A DNA stretch of 34,095 nucleotides from the IMG/VR virus record IMGVR_UViG_2695420685_000005; one strand, given 5' to 3'. The notes below the pieces were generated by a model. The model was not told the origin of the DNA, made no database searches, and saw nothing but the letters and a program-made list of their open reading frames with translations. Source of the stretch: a virus. Taxonomy: Duplodnaviria; Heunggongvirae; Uroviricota; Caudoviricetes. The position numbers were made by a program, and so were the translations under genes. The number at the start of each line of letters is the position of its first letter. The first letter of the stretch is position 1. This document shows positions 18,173 through 27,425 of the stretch, piece after piece.

Positions 18173-18808
18173 ATGAACACTCTCGCAAATATTCAGGAAC
18201 TCGCGCGCGCACTGCGCAACATGATTCGCACCGGTCTTGTCGTCGAAACCAACCTTAAAGCCGGTCGCTGCCGTGTGCAGACCGGTGGCATGTGCACCGA
18301 CTGGCTTCAGTGGCTGACCTGTCGTGCCGGTCGTTCGCGCACATGGTGGGCACCTTCCGTGGGGGAACAGGTGCTGATTCTGGCCGTGGGCGGTGAACTT
18401 GACACGGCGTTCGTTCTGCCGGGGATTTATTCCGGTGATAACCCCGCGCCGTCTGCGTCGGCGGATGCCCTGCATATCCGTTTCCCTGACGGGGCGGTGA
18501 TTGAGTATGAACCCGAAACCAGTGCACTCACGGTAAGCGGAATTAAAACGGCCAGCGTGACGGCTTCTGATTCTGTTACTGCCACGGTGCCGGAGGTCAC
18601 GGTGAAAGCATCAACCCGCGTCACCCTGGACACACCAGAGGTGGTCTGCACCAACAGGCTGATTACCGGCACGCTGGAAGTGCAGAAGGGCGGGACGATG
18701 CGCGGCAACATTGAACATACCGGCGGTGAACTCTCATCAAACGGTAAAGTACTGCATACCCATAAACACCCCGGCGACAGCGGCGGCACAACCGGGAGTC
18801 CTCTATGA
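18173..18808 (+). CDS. V: Baseplate spike/assembly protein V (211 aa)
   Basis: Size and synteny with P2 V; starts the V-W-J-I-H-G operon. Confidence 0.85.
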   Translation: MNTLANIQELARALRNMIRTGLVVETNLKAGRCRVQTGGMCTDWLQWLTCRAGRSRTWWAPSVGEQVLILAVGGELDTAFVLPGIYSGDNPAPSASADALHIRFPDGAVIEYEPETSALTVSGIKTASVTASDSVTATVPEVTVKASTRVTLDTPEVVCTNRLITGTLEVQKGGTMRGNIEHTGGELSSNGKVLHTHKHPGDSGGTTGSPL

Positions 18809-19152
18809 CAGCGCGTTATCTCGGAATGAATCGCAGTGATGGCCTGACTGTCACTGACCTTGAGCATATCAGCCAGAGTATCGGCGATATCCTGCGCACA
18901 CCGGTCGGCTCACGGGTGATGCGTCGTGATTACGGCTCGTTGCTGGCGTCAATGATTGACCAGCCGCAGACCCCGGCGCTTGAGTTGCAGATTAAGGTCG
19001 CCTGTTACATGGCGGTGCTGAAATGGGAACCCCGCATCACCCTGTCATCCGTCACCACTGAGCGCGGTTTTGACGGGCGAATGACTGTCACTTTGACCGG
19101 CCAGCACAACGACACCGGCCAGCCACTTTCGTTAACCATCCCTGTGAGTTGA
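18805..19152 (+). CDS. W: Baseplate wedge protein W (115 aa, gp25-like)
   Basis: Size and synteny with P2 W. Confidence 0.85.
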   Translation: MTARYLGMNRSDGLTVTDLEHISQSIGDILRTPVGSRVMRRDYGSLLASMIDQPQTPALELQIKVACYMAVLKWEPRITLSSVTTERGFDGRMTVTLTGQHNDTGQPLSLTIPVS

Positions 19153-19156
19153 AACC

Positions 19157-20065
19157 ATGCCGATTATCGACCTGAACCAGCTACCTGCACCGGATGTGGT
19201 CGAGGAGCTGGACTTTGAAACCATTCTTGCCGAACGCAAGGCGACACTGATTTCCCTTTACCCGGAAGACCAGCAGGAGGCGGTCGCCCGTACCCTGACG
19301 CTGGAATCCGAGCCTCTCGTCAAACTGCTGGAGGAAAATGCTTATCGTGAGCTTATCTGGCGTCAGCGTGTGAATGAGGCCGCACGGGCGGTAATGCTGG
19401 CCTGTGCCGCCGGTAATGACCTTGATGTGATTGGTGCCAATTACAACACCACGCGCCTGATTATCACCCCGGCAGATGATTCGACCCTCCCGCCGACACC
19501 GGCAGTGATGGAATCTGACACGGATTATCGTCTGCGTATTCAGCAGGCGTTTGAAGGTTTAAGCGTCGCCGGGTCGGTGGGGGCCTATCAGTATCATGGT
19601 CGCAGTGCCGACGGGCGTGTCGCGGATATTTCTGTAACCAGTCCGTCTCCGGCCTGCGTCACCATCTCTGTGCTGTCACGTGAAAATAACGGTGTCGCAT
19701 CCGAAGACCTGCTGGCGGTGGTGCGTAACGCCCTTAATGGCGAGGACGTCAGGCCGGTGGCCGACCGCGTGACCGTGCAGTCTGCCGCCATCGTTGAATA
19801 CCAGATAAACGCCACGCTTTACCTTTACCCTGGTCCCGAAAGCGAACCCATTCGCGCTGCCGCCGTGAAAAAACTGGAAGCGTATATCACGGCACAGCAC
19901 CGGCTGGGGCGCGACATCCGTCTGTCTGCCATTTATGCCGCTTTGCATGTGGAAGGTGTGCAGCGTGTCGAACTGGCTGCACCACTGGCCGACATCGTGC
20001 TCAACAGTACGCAGGCGTCTTTCTGTACCGAATACCGCGTCGTGACCGGAGGCTCGGATGAGTGA
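19157..20065 (+). CDS. J: Baseplate protein J (302 aa)
   Basis: Size and synteny with P2 J. Confidence 0.85.
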   Translation: MPIIDLNQLPAPDVVEELDFETILAERKATLISLYPEDQQEAVARTLTLESEPLVKLLEENAYRELIWRQRVNEAARAVMLACAAGNDLDVIGANYNTTRLIITPADDSTLPPTPAVMESDTDYRLRIQQAFEGLSVAGSVGAYQYHGRSADGRVADISVTSPSPACVTISVLSRENNGVASEDLLAVVRNALNGEDVRPVADRVTVQSAAIVEYQINATLYLYPGPESEPIRAAAVKKLEAYITAQHRLGRDIRLSAIYAALHVEGVQRVELAAPLADIVLNSTQASFCTEYRVVTGGSDE

Positions 20066-20588
20066 TTCGCGACTGCTGCCGACCGGCTCATCACCGCTTG
20101 AGGTCGCCGCCGCAAAAGCCTGTGCGGAAATTGAAAAAACGCCGGTCAGTATTCGTGAGCTGTGGAACCCGGACACCTGTCCGGCAAATCTGCTGCCGTG
20201 GCTGGCGTGGGCGTTTTCGGTCGACAGGTGGGATGAAAAGTGGCCGGAAGCGACAAAACGCGCCGTTATCCGCGATGCGTATTTCATCCACTGTCATAAA
20301 GGCACTATAGGTGCAATCCGGCGTGTGGTGGAGCCGCTCGGCTATCTCATCAACGTGACGGAGTGGTGGGAAAACAGTGACCCGCCCGGCACCTTCCGGC
20401 TTGATATTGGTGTACTGGAAAGTGGCATCACAGAGGCAATGTATCAGGAAATGGAACGGCTGATTGCTGATGCCAAACCTGCAAGCCGCCACCTTATTGG
20501 CCTGAACATTACCCGGGACATTCCCGGCTACCTGTTCGCCGGTGGTGTGGCTTACGACGGCGATGTAATTACGGTTTACCCCGGATAA
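20058..20588 (+). CDS. I: Baseplate/tail protein I (176 aa)
   Basis: Size and synteny with P2 I. Confidence 0.85.
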   Translation: MSDSRLLPTGSSPLEVAAAKACAEIEKTPVSIRELWNPDTCPANLLPWLAWAFSVDRWDEKWPEATKRAVIRDAYFIHCHKGTIGAIRRVVEPLGYLINVTEWWENSDPPGTFRLDIGVLESGITEAMYQEMERLIADAKPASRHLIGLNITRDIPGYLFAGGVAYDGDVITVYPG

Positions 20589-20598
20589 GTGAGGAATA

Positions 20599-22728
20599 AT
20601 GAGCACAAAATTCAAAACCGTTATCACCACTGCCGGTGCAGCAAAGCTGGCAGCGGCAACCGCACCGGGAGGGCGGAAGGTCAACATTACCACGATGGCC
20701 GTCGGGGATGGCGGTGGTAAATTGCCTGTCCCGGATGCCGGACAGACCGGGCTTATCCACGAAGTCTGGCGACATGCGCTGAACAAAATCAGTCAGGACA
20801 AACGAAACAGTAATTATATTATCGCAGAGCTGGTTATTCCGCCGGAGGTGGGCGGTTTCTGGATGCGTGAGCTTGGCCTGTACGATGATGCGGGAACATT
20901 AATTGCCGTGGCGAACATGGCCGAAAGTTATAAGCCAGCTCTTGCCGAAGGCTCAGGGCGTTCGCAGACCTGTCGCATGGTCATCATCGTCAGCAGTGTG
21001 GCCTCAGTGGCGCTGACCATTGACACCACAACGGTGATGGCGACGCAGGATTACGTTGATGACAAAATTGCAGAGCACGAACAGTCACGACGTCACCCGG
21101 ACGCCTCGCTGACCGCAAAAGGTTTTACTCAGTTAAGCAGTGCGACCAACAGCACGTCTGAAACACTGGCCGCAACGCCGAAAGCGGTAAAGGCCGCATA
21201 TGACCTTGCTAACGGGAAATATACTGCGCAGGATGCCACCACGGCGCGAAAAGGCCTTGTTCAGCTCAGTAGTGCGACTAACAGCACGTCTGAAACGCTC
21301 GCCGCAACGCCAAAAGCAGTAAAGACAGCATATGACCTTGCTAACGGGAAATACACTGCACAGGACGCCACCACAGCGCGAAAAGGGCTTGCTCAGCTCA
21401 GTAGCGCCACCAACAGCGATTCTGAAACGCTTGCGGCAACGCCAAAGGCGGTAAAGGCAGCATATGACCTCGCTAACGGGAAATATACCGCACAGGATGC
21501 CACCACGGCGCGAAAAGGTCTTGTCCAGCTCAGTAGCGCCACCAACAGCGATTCAGAAACGCTTGCGGCAACACCAAAGGCGGTAAAGGTCGCGTATGAC
21601 CTTGCTAACGGGAAATATACTGCGCAGGATGCCACCACGGCGCGAAAAGGCCTTGTTCAGCTCAGTAGTGCGACTAACAGCACGTCTGAAACGCTCGCCG
21701 CAACACCAAAAGCGGTGAAGTCTGCCTATGACAATGCTGAGAAACGTCTTCAGAAAGATCAGAACGGTGCGGATATTCCTGATAAAAGATTATTCCTGCG
21801 CAATATTGGTGCAACAAATTCAACAACCATGTCTTTTAGTGGTGGTACAGGATGGTTCAGGCTGGCAACTGTAACCATGCCACAGGCCAGTTCCGTGGTT
21901 TACATAAGTCTGATTGGTGGTGCTGGATATAATGTTAACTCCCCTATGCAGGCTGGTATATCTGAACTTGTTCTTCGTGCGGGAAATGGAAATCCAAAAG
22001 GTCTTACTGGTGCGTTATGGCGACGGACATCGGTTGGATTTACTAATTTTGCATGGGTGAATACATCCGGTGATACCTATGATGTTTATGTTGAAATAGG
22101 TAATTACGCCACAGGTGTTAATATTCAGTGGGATTATACCAGTAACGCCAGCGTAACGATTCATACATCACCATCTTATACAGCGAATAAACCAACAGGC
22201 CTGACAGATGGAACTGTATATGTAATTTACAGTTCGCACATTAAACCGACTGCTGCTGATGTTGGGGCGTTGTCATTATCTGGAGGTCAATTGAATGGTG
22301 CACTGGGCATCGGAACATCCAGTGCTCTTGGCGGTAACTCGATTGTTTTGGGTGATAATGACACAGGCTTTAAACAAAATGGCGACGGTAATCTGGATGT
22401 TTATGCTAATAACGTTCATGTTATGCGCTTTGTCTCCGGTAGCATTCAAAGTAATAAAACCATAAATATTACGGGGCGTGTTAATCCCACTGATTACGGT
22501 AACTTTGACTCCCGCTATGTCCGGGATATCCGGCTTGGTGGTGCCGCCACATACAAACCTGCGAACAATGGCATGACATGGACACATCAGGTACCGTCAG
22601 GGTGTGTATATACCGGCATTATTGTTCAGGATACCGGCTCAAACTCTGCCGATAACATTGGTGGCGTATATTACAGACCGGTGCAGAAATACATTAACGG
22701 GACATGGTATAACGTGGCGCAGGTATAA
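20599..22728 (+). CDS. H: Tail fibre protein H (709 aa) with conserved N-terminus, internal 40-aa repeats and a lower-GC C-terminal receptor-binding region
   Basis: N-terminus matches P2 H; five tandem 40-aa repeats; GC drops in the 3' third. Confidence 0.88.
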   Translation: MSTKFKTVITTAGAAKLAAATAPGGRKVNITTMAVGDGGGKLPVPDAGQTGLIHEVWRHALNKISQDKRNSNYIIAELVIPPEVGGFWMRELGLYDDAGTLIAVANMAESYKPALAEGSGRSQTCRMVIIVSSVASVALTIDTTTVMATQDYVDDKIAEHEQSRRHPDASLTAKGFTQLSSATNSTSETLAATPKAVKAAYDLANGKYTAQDATTARKGLVQLSSATNSTSETLAATPKAVKTAYDLANGKYTAQDATTARKGLAQLSSATNSDSETLAATPKAVKAAYDLANGKYTAQDATTARKGLVQLSSATNSDSETLAATPKAVKVAYDLANGKYTAQDATTARKGLVQLSSATNSTSETLAATPKAVKSAYDNAEKRLQKDQNGADIPDKRLFLRNIGATNSTTMSFSGGTGWFRLATVTMPQASSVVYISLIGGAGYNVNSPMQAGISELVLRAGNGNPKGLTGALWRRTSVGFTNFAWVNTSGDTYDVYVEIGNYATGVNIQWDYTSNASVTIHTSPSYTANKPTGLTDGTVYVIYSSHIKPTAADVGALSLSGGQLNGALGIGTSSALGGNSIVLGDNDTGFKQNGDGNLDVYANNVHVMRFVSGSIQSNKTINITGRVNPTDYGNFDSRYVRDIRLGGAATYKPANNGMTWTHQVPSGCVYTGIIVQDTGSNSADNIGGVYYRPVQKYINGTWYNVAQV
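21118..21720 (+). repeat. Five tandem copies of a 120-bp (40-aa) unit inside H, phage tail-fibre repeat type
   Basis: Unit KGLVQLSSATNS[T/D]SETLAATPKAVKxAYDLANGKYTAQDATTAR repeated in frame, with copies starting near 21118, 21238, 21358, 21478 and 21598. Confidence 0.85.
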
Positions 22729-22731
22729 TTT

Positions 22732-23259
22732 ATGCAGCATTTAAAAAATATTACGGCGGGTAATCCAAAAACGGTTGAACAATATCAATTGACAAAGGAC
22801 TTTGATGTTGTCTGGTTTTTTTCAGAAGATGGTAAGAACTGGTACGAAGAACAAAAGTATTTTGCTGATGACACGATAAAAATAGCGTACGACAAAGATA
22901 ATATCATCCGCTATGTGGAAAAGGATGTGACAGCTATCAGACCGGATGGATTAAGTGTTGTTGAAGTGACGGATATTACTGCTAACCGACGGGCGGACAT
23001 TTCAGGGAACTGGATGTTTAAGGATGGCACAGTGATTAAACGAATTTATACGGCAGAGGAATTGCAGCAGCAGGGAGAAAATCGGAAAGCCAGACTTCTA
23101 GCAGATGCTGAATCCGTGATTTTGCCGCTGGAGCGTGCTGTCAGGCTGAATATGGCAACAGATGAGGAGCGTAGCCGACTTAAAACATGGGAACGCTACA
23201 GCGTTCTGGTCAGTCGTGTGGATCCTGCCAATCCTGAATGGCCGGAAATGCCGCAATAA
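22732..23259 (+). CDS. G: Tail fibre assembly chaperone G (175 aa)
   Basis: Directly downstream of H; size matches P2 G / Tfa-type chaperones. Confidence 0.8.
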   Translation: MQHLKNITAGNPKTVEQYQLTKDFDVVWFFSEDGKNWYEEQKYFADDTIKIAYDKDNIIRYVEKDVTAIRPDGLSVVEVTDITANRRADISGNWMFKDGTVIKRIYTAEELQQQGENRKARLLADAESVILPLERAVRLNMATDEERSRLKTWERYSVLVSRVDPANPEWPEMPQ

Positions 23260-23624
23260 GTTGTATGAGCTTACATATCTATAGCACAGAGTAAAGTCTA
23301 CTCTGACAGTCTGCTCTGTGCTAGGAGCAGATGTAGTTAATATCATAGTATCTGTTGAACAAATTAGAGCGAGCAAGGGAGAATTGTGTATAATTTTGTT
23401 TGAGTATTTCTATACATGTGTTATAGATATTTAAAAGTTGATGCGTTAATTTTATTCGGAGGTCTAATGTCTGTAGGTGCGTATGAAAATGATTATTTAG
23501 ATGAGTTGAGATAGTTTGTGCAGAAAAAAGAAAATAGTATTTTTATGCACTCCAAGAAAGAATTAAATATTATAACATTTTTCATCCAACTTCCATTGAG
23601 AAGATAAAATAAAGAGGTTTTTGA

Positions 23625-24953
23625 GTGAAACTTGAATTTTTGGTTCTTGTCACAAATGATGATTCTTTTTGCAATAGTAAAAAAGCTTTTATTGACTTTC
23701 TAAAAATTGACTCGCTTATCTCAATCACGGGGCGCAAACTAACATATAAGAAAACCCCAAGATCGAATCCGTTAATTACGGTTAAATTCAATGTTGAAAC
23801 GAATAACATCCCATCCAACAAAGAACGTTATTTCATAATTGCATTGGAAAACACAAGCGAAGAATTAATTGATGAATTTTCTGAGGTTGGAGATAAAATA
23901 AAAGAATTATGCAAAAGGATAAACCCTGAATCTACAGTAATAAATATTCTTTGGGATGATATTGGAAGATATTATGCGCATAAGTCTTACCCTATAATAA
24001 ATGATGTTGAAAACGTAATGAGGAAATTAATAAGTAAATTTATGCTTATTAATGTAGGCATGGCTTGGTCAAAGGAAGCCATTCATCCAGACTTAGTGAA
24101 AAAAATCGAAAAATTTGAAGAAGATGATGTGTATTTGAATGATCTTTACAAGCTTGATTTCATAAATCTATCAGAAGTTTTGTTCCAAAAGAAGAGAGAT
24201 ATAACTCTGGATGAGCTTGATAGGATTCTTATCAAAACGAATTTTGATGAGTCCGATAAAAATAAAATACTTAAATATGTACCCAAATCAAATTGGGAGA
24301 AGTATTTCTCTACTCTCCTGGAGGAGAACTCGCAACATCTTGAAAGAAAATGGGAGCGACTTTACAAATTGAGAAATAAGGTTGCACATAACAGATTTTT
24401 AACTAAACAGGATTTTTGTGAAATAAGAAGTTTATCAAACCAAGTAAAAGAAATCCTCAATGGTGCAATAAACAAGCTAGGGGAGATTGATCTTGATGAG
24501 GAAGACCGCAATCAAATTATATATAGTTATCAATCCCAAAATCCAATTGCAATAGAACATTTGGCCGAAAAATCTGTTGCGGAATTTTACATAAGAAATG
24601 GATTCGAAGTTGACCTGTCACCCTCTTTGGGATGTAGGCCAACTATAGATTTAATAGTTAAAAAAGAAAGTGATGTTATTGCTGTGGAAATTAAAAGCTT
24701 TTCTTCTCGGGGTTTATTGACCTCAATGAGGACTCGCTTATTTTCTGCTATCCAACAGCTTGAAAAGTTTTTAGAGCGGGAAGATATAACACAAGGAGAA
24801 ATTATAGCTGTAGTGAGGGGTGGTATTGATGAGGAATTAATGCCTAAACTCATAGGGCTATTAACTTTTATCAGAAGTACAGTAAACTCTACAATTTCCA
24901 TCAATATTGGTACTCTAGATATTGATGATAATTTTGAACTAATTGATTTATAG
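23625..24953 (+). CDS. AT-rich cargo gene at the Z/fun position: 442 aa protein with a HEPN-like Rx4H motif and a C-terminal PD-(D/E)xK-like nuclease motif, candidate single-gene defence/abortive-infection protein (GTG start)
   Basis: Very low GC against the flanking tail genes; motif LYKLRNKVAHNRF (R-x4-H); C-terminal RPTIDLIV...DVIAVEIK (D...ExK); aagagg ribosome-binding site about 8 nt before the GTG. Confidence 0.6.
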   Translation: MKLEFLVLVTNDDSFCNSKKAFIDFLKIDSLISITGRKLTYKKTPRSNPLITVKFNVETNNIPSNKERYFIIALENTSEELIDEFSEVGDKIKELCKRINPESTVINILWDDIGRYYAHKSYPIINDVENVMRKLISKFMLINVGMAWSKEAIHPDLVKKIEKFEEDDVYLNDLYKLDFINLSEVLFQKKRDITLDELDRILIKTNFDESDKNKILKYVPKSNWEKYFSTLLEENSQHLERKWERLYKLRNKVAHNRFLTKQDFCEIRSLSNQVKEILNGAINKLGEIDLDEEDRNQIIYSYQSQNPIAIEHLAEKSVAEFYIRNGFEVDLSPSLGCRPTIDLIVKKESDVIAVEIKSFSSRGLLTSMRTRLFSAIQQLEKFLEREDITQGEIIAVVRGGIDEELMPKLIGLLTFIRSTVNSTISINIGTLDIDDNFELIDL

Positions 24954-25094
24954 CTATATAAATATTTAAAAAACAAACCATGGTTTACTAATCGTGTGAC
25001 CATGTCCGCTCCTCGCTCAAAGCAGACTGTCAGATTTGATAACTTTTGGGCTATGTAAATTGTCAGTCGGAAAATGAGTGAGTACAAATCAAGG

Positions 25095-25123
25095 CAGGCG
25101 GGCTGATTGCCCGCCTTTTCTTT
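25095..25123 (+). terminator. Rho-independent terminator between the cargo gene and FI
   Basis: ggcgggc-tgatt-gcccgcc stem-loop followed by ttttctttat. Confidence 0.55.
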
Positions 25124-25219
25124 ATCTGTTGTTTCATCCACTGACCAGCCAGGTCAAATAGCGTCTCATGCACTACCCAACGGAAAATAGTTGCACCCAT
25201 TAACCACGGAGTTAAACGG

Positions 25220-26410
25220 ATGAGTGACTATCATCACGGCGTGCAGGTGCTGGAAATTAACGACGGCACCCGCGTCATTTCCACCGTATCCACGGCCATT
25301 GTCGGCATGGTCTGCACGGCCAGCGATGCAGATGCGGAAACCTTCCCCCTCAATAAACCTGTGCTGATTACCAATGTGCAGAGTGCAATTGCAAAGGCTG
25401 GTAAAAAAGGCACGCTGGCGGTATCGTTGCAGGCCATCGCTGACCAGTCAAAACCGGTCACCGTTGTTGTGCGTGTGGAAGACGGCACCGGCGACGACGA
25501 GGAAACGAAACTCGCGCAGACCGTTTCCAATATCATCGGCACCACCGACGAAAACGGTCAGTACACCGGACTGAAAGCCCTGCTGGCGGCGGAGTCGGTA
25601 ACCGGTGTTAAACCACGAATTCTCGGCGTACCGGGACTGGACACCAAAGAGGTGGCTGTTGCACTGGCATCAGTCTGTCAGAAGCTGCGTGCTTTCGGGT
25701 ATATCAGCGCATGGGGATGTAAGACCATTTCCGAGGTGAAAGCCTACCGCCAGAATTTCAGCCAGCGTGAGCTGATGGTCATCTGGCCGGATTTCCTCGC
25801 ATGGGATACGGTCACCAGTACCAACGCCACCGCGTATGCCACCGCCCGTGCGCTGGGTCTGCGCGCTAAAATCGACCAGGAGCAGGGCTGGCATAAAACG
25901 CTGTCCAACGTCGGGGTAAACGGTGTTACCGGCATCAGCGCATCTGTATTCTGGGATTTGCAGGAGTCCGGCACCGATGCTGACCTGCTTAACGAGTCAG
26001 GCGTCACTACGCTGATTCGCCGCGACGGTTTCCGATTCTGGGGTAACCGTACCTGCTCTGATGACCCGCTGTTCCTCTTTGAAAACTACACCCGCACCGC
26101 GCAGGTGCTGGCCGACACGATGGCTGAGGCGCACATGTGGGCGGTGGACAAGCCCATCACCGCAACGCTGATTCGCGACATCGTTGACGGCATCAATGCC
26201 AAATTCCGTGAGCTGAAAACAAACGGCTATATCGTGGATGCGACCTGCTGGTTCAGCGAAGAATCCAACGATGCGGAAACCCTCAAGGCCGGAAAACTGT
26301 ATATCGACTACGACTATACACCGGTGCCTCCTCTTGAAAACCTGACCCTGCGCCAGCGTATTACCGATAAATACCTGGCAAATCTGGTCACCTCGGTTAA
26401 CAGCAATTAA
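25220..26410 (+). CDS. FI: Tail sheath protein FI (396 aa)
   Basis: Size and synteny with P2 FI. Confidence 0.9.
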   Translation: MSDYHHGVQVLEINDGTRVISTVSTAIVGMVCTASDADAETFPLNKPVLITNVQSAIAKAGKKGTLAVSLQAIADQSKPVTVVVRVEDGTGDDEETKLAQTVSNIIGTTDENGQYTGLKALLAAESVTGVKPRILGVPGLDTKEVAVALASVCQKLRAFGYISAWGCKTISEVKAYRQNFSQRELMVIWPDFLAWDTVTSTNATAYATARALGLRAKIDQEQGWHKTLSNVGVNGVTGISASVFWDLQESGTDADLLNESGVTTLIRRDGFRFWGNRTCSDDPLFLFENYTRTAQVLADTMAEAHMWAVDKPITATLIRDIVDGINAKFRELKTNGYIVDATCWFSEESNDAETLKAGKLYIDYDYTPVPPLENLTLRQRITDKYLANLVTSVNSN

Positions 26411-26422
26411 GGAGCCTGACCG

Positions 26423-26941
26423 ATGGCAATGCCGCGCAAACTCAAGTTAATGAACGTCTTTCTGAACGGCTACAGCTATCAGGGCGTCGCGAAGTCCGTC
26501 ACGCTGCCAAAACTGACCCGTAAGCTCGAAAACTATCGCGGTGCTGGTATGAACGGCAGCGCACCGGTAGACCTCGGCCTTGATGACGATGCGCTGTCAA
26601 TGGAGTGGTCGCTCGGTGGCTTCCCGGATTCGGTTATCTGGGAGCTTTACGCCGCAACCGGTGTGGATGCCGTACCGATTCGTTTTGCAGGCTCTTACCA
26701 GCGCGACGATACCGGCGAAACGGTGGCCGTCGAGGTGGTCATGCGTGGACGTCAGAAAGAAATCGACACCGGCGAGGGTAAACAGGGAGAAGACACCGAG
26801 TCGAAAATCTCCGTGGTCTGCACCTATTTCCGGCTGACGATGGACGGTAAGGAGCTGGTCGAAATCGACACCATCAACATGATTGAGAAGGTGAACGGCG
26901 TCGACCGGCTGGAGCAACACCGCCGAAATATCGGCCTGTGA
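26423..26941 (+). CDS. FII: Tail tube protein FII (172 aa)
   Basis: Size and synteny with P2 FII. Confidence 0.9.
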   Translation: MAMPRKLKLMNVFLNGYSYQGVAKSVTLPKLTRKLENYRGAGMNGSAPVDLGLDDDALSMEWSLGGFPDSVIWELYAATGVDAVPIRFAGSYQRDDTGETVAVEVVMRGRQKEIDTGEGKQGEDTESKISVVCTYFRLTMDGKELVEIDTINMIEKVNGVDRLEQHRRNIGL

Positions 26942-26997
26942 TTTTCATCCGGTCAGCCTGGCTGACCGGTTAACCCTGATTCAGAAGTGAGAAAACC

Positions 26998-27273
26998 ATG
27001 AACAAAGAAAATGTCATTACCCTGGACAATCCGGTCAAGCGTGGTGAGCAGGTTATCGAACAGGTCACGCTGATGAAACCTAATGCCGGGACGCTGCGCG
27101 GTGTCAGTCTGGCAGCGGTCGCGAACTCCGAAGTCGATGCACTGATTAAGGTGCTGCCGCGCATGACGGCACCGATGCTGACCGAGCAGGAAGTCGCCGC
27201 GCTGGAACTGCCTGATCTTGTGGCGCTGGCCGGTAAGGTGGTCGGTTTTTTGTCGCCGAACTCGGTGCAGTGA
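26998..27273 (+). CDS. E: Tail assembly chaperone E (91 aa)
   Basis: Size and position before the tape-measure gene; carries the slippery site near its 3' end. Confidence 0.85.
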   Translation: MNKENVITLDNPVKRGEQVIEQVTLMKPNAGTLRGVSLAAVANSEVDALIKVLPRMTAPMLTEQEVAALELPDLVALAGKVVGFLSPNSVQ

Positions 27274-27425
27274 CGTTTCCGAAAAATCTCTCGGTCGATG
27301 ACCTGATGGCGGATGTGGCAGTGATATTTCACTGGCCGCCATCAGAACTGTATCCCATGAGCCTGACCGAACTCATCACATGGCGCGAAAAGGCGCTCCG
27401 GCGAAGCGGAAACACGAATGAGTAA
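26998..27425 (+). CDS. E': E+E' fusion made by a programmed -1 frameshift at T_TTT_TTG (27246-27252); the -1 frame continues for 57 codons to a TAA at 27423-27425
   Basis: Slippery heptamer in the right phase near the end of E; the -1 frame stays open across the apparently non-coding gap up to the T start codon; same architecture as P2 E/E' and lambda G/GT. Confidence 0.75.

Noticed and set aside
21393-21638. 81-aa minus-strand ORF inside gene H
   Set aside because: Generated by the 120-bp tandem repeats of H (its translation is itself repetitive); not an independent gene.
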